Source of the DNA: Zygnema circumcarinatum SAG 698-1b
Lineage: Eukaryota > Plantae > Zygnematophyceae
Length of the DNA: 64,000 nt
Direction: 5' to 3'
Assembly: GCA_037447605.1 (NCBI GenBank)
Contig: CM074804.1
Coordinates: 806,001-870,000, forward strand
The position numbers and the translations under genes are program-made. Under the pieces are notes generated by a model. That model did not search any database. It saw nothing but the letters and a program-made list of their open reading frames with translations, and was not told the origin of the DNA. This document shows positions 50,643 through 61,532 of this stretch, one piece after another (within the stretch, counting starts at the first letter, position 1; the number at the start of each line of letters is the position of its first letter).

Positions 50643-52014
50643 TGCAGCCATTGCAAGAGTCCTGCACACGATGAACAATTTTGAAGCATCCTGTGATGCT
50701 TTAGTGCTTGTACAGAAACATAAGGTCTCCATAGTGAGTTAAAAGGGGAGAACGTACTCGTTCAGCCCCCTGTCAGCTTAAGAAATCACTCTATTCTAGA
50801 GTACTTTATTCTAGAGTGATTAGAATGCTCCTCCTTATGCTCCTGTGCATTAGCTTCAGGCCCCTTGATAACAAGGGCCTCTTCAATTCTTTGGGCTAAT
50901 TAGATATTGTACTGAACACATGTTAACTGCCTAAAATCTCAATAAACTCCTCAATTGTCTCGTGTCTCAATGGTCTCTTTATCCTTCGCCTGACTTTCCC
51001 TCCCCTCTCCCTCCCTCCTCCCCCCTCTCTCCTCTGCACCTCCTTCATCCGATCACTTTGCAAAGACTTGAAAAATCTTGGCATGTTTGCCATCTGTAAT
51101 GTTTTCCATTGCCTTGAACCAAAAAAAAACAATTCCGAGCCACCGAACAAGTCGACTCTCTATGTGACTCATGTCACATTTGGTACCAATTCAAGAAACG
51201 GTCTCGTGTTGACGTGGCAGTTGTCACCATGTTGGCGCCACAACCCAGCTCGTCTCATGATAGTTTGTGTGTTGAGACTTGGTGTCTCTTCATTGCCCCA
51301 TTCCAATGCAGCGAATGTGAGAACAACGCGTAATTCTGCCTCGATATTATAATTCTCAATGAATGGCATGTTTCCTATCGAACAAAGCATGAAATGAAGA
51401 ATGGAAGCACGGCCTCTTGCAAGTAATGAAGTCAGCACTGCACAGCCCACACTGCGTACATTGCAAACCATCGATTCCACGTCTCAAGTTTTTTTTTTGT
51501 CGCTAGATCACACATCTGCCACGACCAACAAGAAAGCATCAAACAATAGATTGCTCATGACCACTGTATATGACTACCAAAAAGTCGAAAGCCGCTGAAA
51601 AAACTAAGTCGTTGAGATCATGGTCCCTAAGGGACCATCTGCATCTTCACTTACCGCCAATTATCGAGCCCTTATTTTTAGTACCCAAGACTTGTACGAT
51701 AGAGGAGGGAGGAACCACCATCCCTTCCAACCCAGTTAAGACTCAGTTTTAGATTTGAGTCCAATTTCCACACGGGTTCTTCTCAATGAGTCTTTAACTA
51801 CGTGCGTTTGATGGACCCCAGTCACGCCCATATGAGATCAAAGCAAATTTCAGTGTTGTGTTCTTTATTCTCCTTCACTCCTGTCAAAAAATAAATAACC
51901 CTTAACCCTAAACGCCTACAGAAAGCCCAGCCCTCTCGATCTCAACCGAGCACTGCCTTTTTAGTGCCCAAGTCTCAATTAACCCTAACGCCACCCTCGC
52001 TCTGTATCGCGGCC

Positions 52015-52733
52015 ATGGCGGCCCTTCAGGTGGCGGTGGAGGCGGCGCTTCGCCTGCAGCTTTCCACGGAACATCTGGTGCTTCCCTCCTGCTGCGGCAC
52101 TCACCTCTCGGCAGCTGCCACCCTCCACCCTCCCTCCTCCGTCTCCCACTCCTACCCTCTTCCCACACTCGCCAACCTCTCCCACTCCCACCTCACCCCT
52201 TTCTCCCCTCCCTCCCCCCTTTCCCGCGCCTCTCCGATCTCTTTTCTTCTCGATCTCTACTTGCCTCTTCCACTCCTCCCTTCCATCCCCGCTCGATCCC
52301 GATTTCTGCTCGCCCTGCTCTCATCTCTCTCTCGTTCTTGCCCTATTCGCCCCCTATCCTTTTCCGAATCGCTATTCGTTTCTCTTCTTCCAATCTCTTC
52401 TCTCTCTCTTTCCTCCATCCTCCACTTTCCCCTCTACCCATCCGTCTCCTCCCTCTCCCCGCCATTTGCCTTCCTCGATCCTTCCCAAGCACTCTTTTCC
52501 ACTTAAATTTCATGTGCTGTCGTCTGTTGCAGGAGGTTATGGACACCTCAGGTGGCTGCGGGTCAAGTTTTGATGTAGTTGTTGTGTCGAAGCTTTTCGA
52601 GGGAAAACGTCTTCTTGAGCGCCACAGGATGATAAACAAAGTACTCGAAAAAGAGATGCAGGAGATTCACGCCTTGTCTATTAAGAAGGCTCTTACGCCG
52701 GAGCAATGGGAGGAGCAGAAGTCGACTCTCTGA
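52015..52733 (+). CDS. BOLA2: BolA2-like protein, 2 exons
   Basis: MAALQVAVEAALRLQLSTEHL|EVMDTSGGCGSSFDVVVVSKLFEGKRLLERHRMIN...EIHALSIKKALTPEQW. Confidence 0.92.
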
Positions 52734-53541
52734 AGCCCATCTTCGCAGATTAGGGTTTGATGTACAACGCATTTTTTTTGTCTGCGCTTTTATACGCGCA
52801 TTTGATGCATGTATTACCTACAAGTAGTTCCTTTACTGCTCACCAACAACAATAGGACTCGCTACCTCAGTTTCTGAACGTAAAAAGAAGCACTGCATCT
52901 TGATGCAACCTTAGGTCATACTTTCTGCCGCATGTTGAGCAAGGAAAGTTCTCCACTAATTAACACACCCGTCCCGCCCCGCTTTTTTCTCTTTTAGTTT
53001 CTGGATATGATCATTGAGCTGGTATTGTCAGGAGGCTTAGCTCCACATGGAAAGGGTCTTCATCGCTGTTGCCTTGAAGACCGCCCTGCTAAGAGCGTCC
53101 TGCAACTGAACAGATCCGGCAACGTGCCATGGTTCACTTCACTTCGTGCGGCTTAATTGGGACTGTTTTAGGGTTTGTGATGTTTTTGGAGCGCTTTCTT
53201 TGCTTGTCGTCGTCTGCAGAGTCATGAAGTAGGCAAAGGGCATAATTTCATATTGTCATTAAAAAGTTGTAACCGTTTGAAAGTTATTCACAAAACATTT
53301 CTGCACACGGGCATAGGCTCTGTCACATGATGTCACATCGTCTGAAGTTTCTCTGCTCTTTCATTAATAGCTACTCTCTGCCTCTAAAAAAAGACTAGCT
53401 TAAAAAGTAAACAACGCTTATTCCTTCTTGCAAGGTCAGCACGCATCACGTTTGCATCCGCACTGCTCACAATAACCTTGTAACATGGAAACCCTATTTC
53501 TGCTGTACTATTGAAAAACAAACGTCTGTCAACTGCAACGT

Positions 53542-55324
53542 CTAACAGTCAAGCGTGGTGTCAAGCTCCCATTGGCTGAGATGGGCCATAAACTCGTTCC
53601 ATTGCTGCTTCCGCAACTTTAAGTACGCTTCAACGAACTCCTCCCCCAAAGCCTGCACTCGCCCCCCCTTCACATCACAATATGAGGTTGACTGTTTCTT
53701 GCAGCTGTGATTTACATCATCCAAACGAAAGGCGCCTAAGGCTGCAAACTTCACCTCTCTGAAAAACTTGGAGGCTTCCAGCTGCGCCAATGCATCGAGA
53801 AGGTTTTCGGGCAGGCTGGGCAGCACCTGCACGTTTCAGCGGCGGCTCTTGGAAACATCTTCAAAGGAATATAGAGACAACTTCAGCAATGGAAAGCTGA
53901 CTATCGGAGGCTAGGGTTAGCCAGTATTGTAGGAGGAGGTCAGTGATACAGCAATATCTGTGTCAGATGACCAACCAGGATAGAAATAGGGATGTCAAGT
54001 CAGAGCAAGGGATAGAGATAGATAGAGTGAGAGCGACACATTTGACATTTTTTCATTTTTTTTCATTTTTTTTCATTTTTTTTTTTTCATTTTTTTTTGT
54101 TTGATGTGAGTCTACTACCTTGTCGGGGTGGGGGAGGTGCCCATTCCAATCCGCTCTCGGTCCGGGGTCCGTCTGCTCGGCAATTCCCTTCATTCCTGAA
54201 GCTGCGGAAAAAAACAAATTCTCCATCGACCACACCAGTTTTCTCAGAGCCGGATTCAAGAAGCAAAAGTTTTGACTGGCTGAGTCAACAAACATACAAG
54301 GAGGGAGGCTAACAGAAACGCTAAAAAACAGTAAAGTTAAGTTAAAAAAGCATAAAGTAAAAAAAAAAAAAAAAAAGCATAAAGCATAAAGTTTAAAGTC
54401 TCTGCCTTACCGAGGAGGACTGCTTGGAGCAGATAAGGGTTCACTGCCCCATCGGCGAGCCGAAACTCAAAGCGGTTTCCCTCAGGAATGCTGAAACCCG
54501 AAAACCCTAAAATTAAACCCTCAAAGATCACAAGCGACCTCCGCTTCATTCCAAGGCAACTCAAAAAGCATTTCCTCATCTCTCTCGCTCCCTTCTCTCC
54601 AACGATTCGTTTGATTTCCTACGTTCCTTCACTCACCCTTCCAAACGAACGAAGAAAACATGGCAAACTCTGAAAGCCCTAATGTTATTCCCTCAAATGA
54701 TGCGCACCGAAGCATGTGAGTTCTGTTGTTTCCAGTGTACGATATTGATGTTGGAGCCCACGAACTTCCTGAAACAGTACTGGTGTTGGTAATCCGCTTG
54801 TAGCTGTTCACTGTTGGGTTTGTGATAGCACACATGGCCTGCACCTCACAATCGGAAAGATGTTTTAAGGGCATAAATAGATTCTACAGTTTCAGAGAAC
54901 TGAGCAGAATTAGGTTTTGGAAGCTCTCTTAGGTGAGCTCTGACCTTCGCATTTTCGAGCACTCCTCCGATGAAGTTGTAAGCGAGAGAAGAGAGACCCT
55001 ACACTCTCCCTCCCAAGTAACAGAATCAGTCACTGGCAACTGAAACTGAGCAACTTGACATCCCCTCTTCGCGCAGGGATCATTTCATGTGATCTTCAGC
55101 CATGATTTGAAATGTCGGTGGATTTTTTAGGGTTCCTAGGACAGCTGATACTCACCAGTTCACCTTTAGGATCTACAAAGAGGTTCTGCCCTGACGAGTC
55201 CCACAACGACACGTGGCAATGAGCTCCATTGCCAGTTGTATTCACAAGTGGTTTTGGCATGAAGGTGGCCCTCAGTCCTGCAGCAACTCAGGAGACAGAA
55301 TACGCGGAATTACTACTCTCTCCT

Positions 55325-55367
<43 letters not shown>

Positions 55368-55971
55368 TTGTGCCTCTCCGTTACGCCTGCTACCTCACCA
55401 AACTGGCAGTTCAAAACTTGGTGAAATGCAGGTGAGCAAAGGCCCTAACTCACCTTCAAACTACGACACAATGAAATTAGAACGAGGGAAGAAAACACAT
55501 TCTTTCAAAGGAGCCTTCTAAGTGGAGTTTATTGAGAGGGTATACCCCCTCCTCACCATGCTGCTCCGCCACTGATTTGACCATAAATTTGAAGAAAGTA
55601 TGCCGGTCGGCTGTCACGAGGCAGTCGTCGTATTCCCAATTCATTTCAAACTGCCCATTGCCATCCTGCTCGCTCCCATTCCCTTCTATTTTAAGGGTCC
55701 GATTGACAGTGTCCGAAAAGTGCAAAGGTTTTCTTTGGTTCAATTTTAGGGCTATAAGGGTTCCTAAAAAGGTCCGGCAATTTTGTTACTAAAGATTTTC
55801 TTACAGTTTTCTTTAGGGCTATCAGGATTTGAAGGGCTTTTTTCGGAGGGTTGGCACCTCATGGTCATTTTGGTACGGCTTCCAGCCGAGCTCGAGCATG
55901 TAATCGCACAGCTTTGCGATCACATCGTACTTGCGCATGAGAGCACCCTGCGGTTGAGCATGACGAGGGAG

Positions 55972-56065
<94 letters not shown>

Positions 56066-58165
56066 TGGGGAGAGAGGAGGGGGGAGGTGGGGAGGAGAGG
56101 GAGAGGGAGTGAGGGGGGAGAGGTAGGGGGAGAGGGGGGGGGGCGTGCAGGGGGTGCAGGGGGAGGGGGGGGGGAAAGGAAGGGAGAGACGGGAGGGGGG
56201 TGTGGGATGGGTGGGGGATGGGGGGAGGGGAGAGGCGAGAGAGGAGAGGGAGAGAGACAGAGAATAGAATCTTCAGTCAATGCTTTTCATATGACGCTCC
56301 CTTTGAGAAGGCCTTTAGAGTATGCAAGAAGAAACAGCCCGAGTTCAGTCATCTCCTAATCAGAAAACTGAGGTTTTGGGCTGCTAAGGCTTCCTTCCGT
56401 GGAATTTTTTTCCTCTTTTTTCTTTTTTTTTTTTCCCTTCCCGCAGTCCCCAAAGCAGACCTGGTCATAGCACGGCTTGGCGGCCGTGTCTCTGTGGTCG
56501 GAGGGCGCATGCTCTGAAGGGGAGAGAAGGAAAAATTCGCATTCGACTCCGGACTTCATCTTGAACCCATTCGCCCTCGCGATCTGCACATGCGCCCTTC
56601 AACTCACTCTTCTCGGTCACATCACATCACATCACATCACATCACATCACATACACTACTAACCAGGGTTGACATTTTCCCAAATCGAAAAAAATTCGAC
56701 ATCAGTCGTCCTGCTCTTCCCACGAAAGAGGTTGCATCAGCAAGATGAGGAATGTTGCTTTTTGAAAATAATGCTGAAGCGAAGCGAAGAAGATGTCGAA
56801 GATGTCATAAGTTCTACTTAGAAGCAAACTTTTTAGCCCTCTCGGGAGAGATCTTTATGTCCTCTTTCCGCACAGTTTCCTTGAGACTGTCCTGCACGGC
56901 CCCTTCTCCTAAAAACTGAATCTAGTTCACAACACAGAACAGGTGCAGTTGTTTGGAACTCTCATTTATAGAATTGAAAGGAATTTCACCTGCACTTTGA
57001 GCACATTTCTTGGAGCTTGCCCTAAGAGGGTGCCATCCATCACAAGGTCGCATGCAACCCACGCAACTTCCGGCTTCCATGGAAGCACCATCATGCTCGA
57101 TTCGTCTGGAAAAGCAAACTGCATATATGACAAAAGAGAGAGGCCCTGTAAGGGCTTAAGGAAGGCATAGGAGGGCACCTCAATATTTGGCTCTTCAGTA
57201 ATATGTGAGAAAATTGAGATTTCTTGAGGGCTGTTTAGCTTTTAGGGCTTGGAGGATTCGGGTTTTTTCGCATTCCGAGAATTCAGGCTTTCTATCTCAA
57301 AATGCTCTATGGCCCTTCAGGGTCATTTGTCATTCAGATATTTGAGGGCCCTGTATTCGGTCCCTTTGAAGGCGAGCCAGCTTTGTAATCAGCAGAGCGA
57401 AAAAAATGCAGAGCAGGTCTGAGAGAGCAGATGAGAGAGGATGGTTCTGGCGCAAACAAAATGAAACTTTATTTGAGCTGTGATTTCCCGAAATAGAAAC
57501 AAATTTAGGAGAAAGGCAGAAGCAGACGATGTCCGGGTGCGCAGGCGTCATGTGAAGGTAAGTCGAAAATCCCGCGAATCCGGCTCCGGCTTTCTGCATC
57601 TCTCCAATGGCAGCTCGAGGGACGAGTTTGGAGCGGCTGAAGCCGAAAAGATCGACCCAGTTTAGCTGCAATCAATCAATCAACACAAACAAAGCGATGC
57701 AATGTTCCTTCATGCCCAATGCATGGTTTGACGAACATCCCTTATACAAGCATTACAATTATTTATTCAATATATAATTTACTTATTTACGCATTTATGT
57801 GTACATATATATGTTAATGCAAACACATCCATCCACGCTGTACGCCATGGAACCCACTCCAACAAAGCATCCTGAAGCACAGATCTCGGACCCGAAAATA
57901 TGAACCCAGGCACTACTATTAGCAGTACAAAAGCTTAGCTTTCGGCGCTGACTAAAGCAACCCATCCAGCACTTGCCATGCATGCGGCCGTGACGCCTCA
58001 ACACATTCCGCCCCCCAACACATGCATGGCACGCCATGGCCCCCCCCATCCCCATGGACTCTCAACGCCCATCCCCATGGCTCCTCCCCGGGCAGGCGGA
58101 TCCGCGCGCACCAAGAAGTACTTCACGCTGGCGGGCGCCTTCGCGGAGAGCCCTTCGGTCGCCAT
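53542..58165 (-). CDS. Bacterial-type GlnT / gamma-glutamylmethylamide synthetase (GmaS)-like glutamine synthetase family enzyme, 13 exons, 431 aa
   Basis: Exons 58165-58112, 57665-57528, 57118-56990, 56583-56461, 55947-55858, 55665-55557, 55277-55156, 54998-54945, 54838-54708, 54490-54411, 54201-54119, 53826-53755, 53652-53542 (1296 nt, all GT-AG, phases consistent). Motifs: [84 protein letters not shown]-terminal TTLDC. Confidence 0.93.
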
Positions 58166-58398
58166 GGCTCTCCCTCCGTCCCACTCCCTCCCCCTCCCTC
58201 CCTCTCTTTCTCTCTCTCGCACTCGCCCTCCCTCCCCCCCTCTTTCTCTCTCCCTCTCTCTCTCTCCCTCGCTCTCTCTCTCCCCGTCCCTCCCTCTTCC
58301 TCCCTCTCTTTCAATCCCTTCCTCGCGCGCGCCTCGCCACCGACACGGCCCGCCCGGTCGGAGTGTTCGGACAGTCAGCGGCCGCGCCATTCACGGGC

Positions 58399-58410
58399 CG
58401 CCACGTGGCG
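58399..58410. promoter_or_regulatory. Palindromic G-box (CGCCACGTGGCG) upstream of the GlnT/GmaS-like gene
   Basis: Perfect 12-bp palindrome ~235 bp upstream of the ATG. The GCCACGTGGC core also occurs near 78 and 11174. Function not shown. Confidence 0.45.
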
Positions 58411-59060
58411 CCCATTGGCGAGATCACCGAGCTCTCCGTACGGTCGTACGGTCGATGCACATCCGACCGGCGACATGGCGCGGCGACGCTCCGCCGAATC
58501 ATCCGCCCTGTTCCATGTCCGCGTTGAAACGTAGTTTTGTACGGCACGTCCCGTTCTGTGCACAGTTCACAATTGCACGTATCAAATCGTATCCTATCGC
58601 ATCGTATCATGTTGTATCGTGAATATCGTCGATTCGGCCGCTCTGGCTTATTGGGTTGGCATGCACTTACAGTGTGTTGCGAGTTTTTTCTTTTTTCTTT
58701 TAAAAAAAAATAACCCATAGACATGTCCAAGTGTTCACACTGGAGGACTAGTGTATGGAACAACCGGCATGGGTCATGAAATGACCCATGGCCTCCTCAT
58801 GATGCCCAACAAAGCCCCTAGAGAGTAGTCATGTACACCATTTTCGCAGCGGCAACAGCTGCCACCCACCACCCACCTCGCGACTGCCTCACTACTGCAC
58901 ATCACTTTACCTGAAATTTCTGCCCTAGCTCCCGCATTTAACATACTTTCCTTTCTATATCCTCCAACAACAGATTTATTGGATGCGCAACAGTTCTGTC
59001 GGCATCATCCATGACACAATTCTTTAACATGTTAGAGCTCTTCCTCTCTCGCCCTCCCTC

Positions 59061-60810
59061 TCATTCCTCCATTGTTTCGCCAAGTTGGCTTCCAGAGACG
59101 CTAGCTGGAGCAGGATTGCCTGCACACAACAAACTCGCCCCATCAACCAACAGTTCGGTGTGTGACTCCATTCGATTCTGCAAAGCACCTTTGCGCATCT
59201 CTTTATCTGACTTGCATTGAAACACCGAACAAAAGTTTCAGTTTGGGTCACACCCAGACTTAATTGTCAAGTCTATACTGAAACGGTCACTTTACAAGCG
59301 GCAAGCTTTGACCGCTGAACTACAGCTCATTGGTGCAGAGTGCTCACCACTCAAACGCTTCCTTCGGTTCGTCTTCACCTTTGTCTTCTTCCCCAGCTTG
59401 AAGCCAACGCCCTTCTTTTTTATCACAACATTCTTGTTCGGAGTCTCTGCTGCCGTGCTTGAGGAAGGCTCGCCTGCAGTAGCCATGGCACATCGTTCAT
59501 GTTTGGGTTGGATTTCAGATGTATCAAACACATGAACTCACAACACAGACAGCAGTTCCAGTTTCCAGTTTCCAATATGTGGATATGAAATGCCCTTCAG
59601 AGGCGCGGACTAAGTAAAAAAATGTTCAATTCAGGAATTGTTCTGTTTGAGTACGAAAATCTTTCTGTCAATTGCTAAAAAGTTCCAGGAGTTGAGCTGC
59701 TTTTTTCGTTCAATTCAAAAGGAGAGCACGCGCAGGTCTCACCTCCATTCTCAGCAGTCAACATCTCAATGTCCTCCATCGTCACAAGGCCAGTTTGAAT
59801 GGCCTCACTCTGTGCCTGCCAGCACATTCACATAACCATCCGACAAAACGCAAAAGTAGGGGAGGAAAAATAAACTTTCAGAGTGCATACATAGTCTGTG
59901 CCCTAACAAAAGCCTTGTATTTGAGCAGTGACAATTTTTTTAAATGTCTGAAACGAGCTTTAGGTCCAACCTAGTCCTCACTCTAATCCAAACTATAGAC
60001 CTGATTTCAGTTTAGCTCCGACCAAAGTCTGACCCTAACTCTAATCTTACTCCAGACTCTACTCATAAGCCTAATTTCAATTCAACGTGGAAGCATAAGC
60101 CAATTTGATACCTGACGGTGTAATTATCGTTACAAACTAAAATCTTCACTCATACCCTCGTATACACAACCCAAGAAATCGCAAGCCAAAAAAGAAAAGA
60201 CCTGCGAACTCCCAGGACTCCCACGTACACGTAAACATAAAGGAACCCAAAAAACATGCTGAGCTACAATAACTCTACATAATTCAAGCCATTCTGCTCT
60301 AACAATTTCCAGCTCTAACCTTCCGCTAACTCGAAACCCTAACTTTTAAGTGTTCCCTACCCCGAACTTTGCCACCCACCTCATCCTGATTATAGCTGCA
60401 AACGAAACCATAATCTTAACCCTAATCTTCACCCTAATCTTCACCCTAATTTTAACCCTAAATCTTAACCCAATCTTACCCTAATCTTAACCCTAATCTT
60501 AATCTCAATATTAACCTGTAAACTTAACCCTAATCGACACCCTGAAGCGCTGCAAACGCTACAAGTTCAACCAATTATGCTCATGCTAGCCTTGCTAGCC
60601 TCCAAAACCTAAAAACCAGCATGCAATACCCCCGTGCGTGCATACTTTGCGCCATCTCCGCGCCTCCTTGCGCTGCGACTTCCCCGTGCGCTTCCCCGAG
60701 ACGGCCACTGCATTCGTCTGGTGGGCCACCAACGCCTTCTTCTTGCGATCCTTGAGCTTCTCCTTGCGCACCTTGCTGAACTCCAGCGTTTTCTTGTTGA
60801 ACTTATTCAT
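59061..60810 (-). CDS. Small Lys/Arg-rich conserved protein (possibly nucleolar/ribosome-biogenesis related), 4 exons
   Basis: MNKFNKK...VSGKRTGKSQRKEARRWRK|AQSEAIQTGLVTMEDIEMLTAENG|EPSS...KKRLS-like tail|...ETMEE*. The SGKR...RRWR...GLVTMEDIEM pattern resembles an uncharacterised plant family (from recall). Confidence 0.65.
60410..60534. repeat. Degenerate telomere-like 12-mer array (AACCCTAATCTT) in an intron
   Basis: About 8 imperfect CCCTAA-containing units. Confidence 0.7.
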
Positions 60811-61532
60811 GGCTCCTCTCTCCTCCTTGCTCCTCCTTTCTCCTCTCCACTCCCCACTTCTCCCTCTCCCTCGACTGCGTCACGTCTCGCGGACCGCCTG
60901 AGGCGGCAGGGACCGTTCCATGCAGCAAAATTACGACGCTGTTGAAGTGCAGATTTCCGCGACTGCCGGCGACATGGAACGGTCAAAGTTTGACTCACGA
61001 GTCGCGAAGGACAAAAACTTTGCCTCAAGCCACCATTCAGGCGCTGCCAAGTGGTTAACGCTAACTGAACAGCGTGCACCCTGGCATGGAACGGCCCATC
61101 TGCCCTTCGGAGGGGTAACTCGTGCCAGAAATGGGCCGGTCGATTCATGAGAGCGGGAGGGGTGAAGGGGTGACGAGGAGAGAGGGAGAGTGGAGAGGAA
61201 GAGGGAAAGGGAGAGCGGGGAGCGAGAGAGGAGGGGTGAGAGCGAGGCGAGGGAGGGAGAGAGAGCAGAGGGGGAGGAAGGAGGAATGAGCGAGGGGAAT
61301 CGCTTATGACCTGCTGCAGAAAGTGCCGCGTCGTCATAGGCCATTTTTTAATGTGTACTGGGTTTTTCGGAAGGAAGAGGAGAATAAATAATCTATTGTA
61401 TGAAAAATGATGTCGTGGAGAGGATTGTGCAGTAACAAGAGTGGGTAGGGCAACGTTTAGAGGGGAAGCTTTATCTAGCAGCCTTCGCCTTTCCGTACGT
61501 GTCAATGGGGCAGGTCTCCCTAACAAAGCTCG

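Noticed and set aside
51169-51480. 103-aa minus-strand ORF between FAS1 and BolA2
   Set aside because: Non-ATG start, no recognisable domain or splice partners.
53542-58165. Bacterial contamination, or ordinary plant glutamine synthetase (GSII/NodGS)
   Set aside because: Twelve spliceosomal introns and host flanking genes exclude contamination. The motifs are GlnT/GmaS-type and there is no amidohydrolase fusion.
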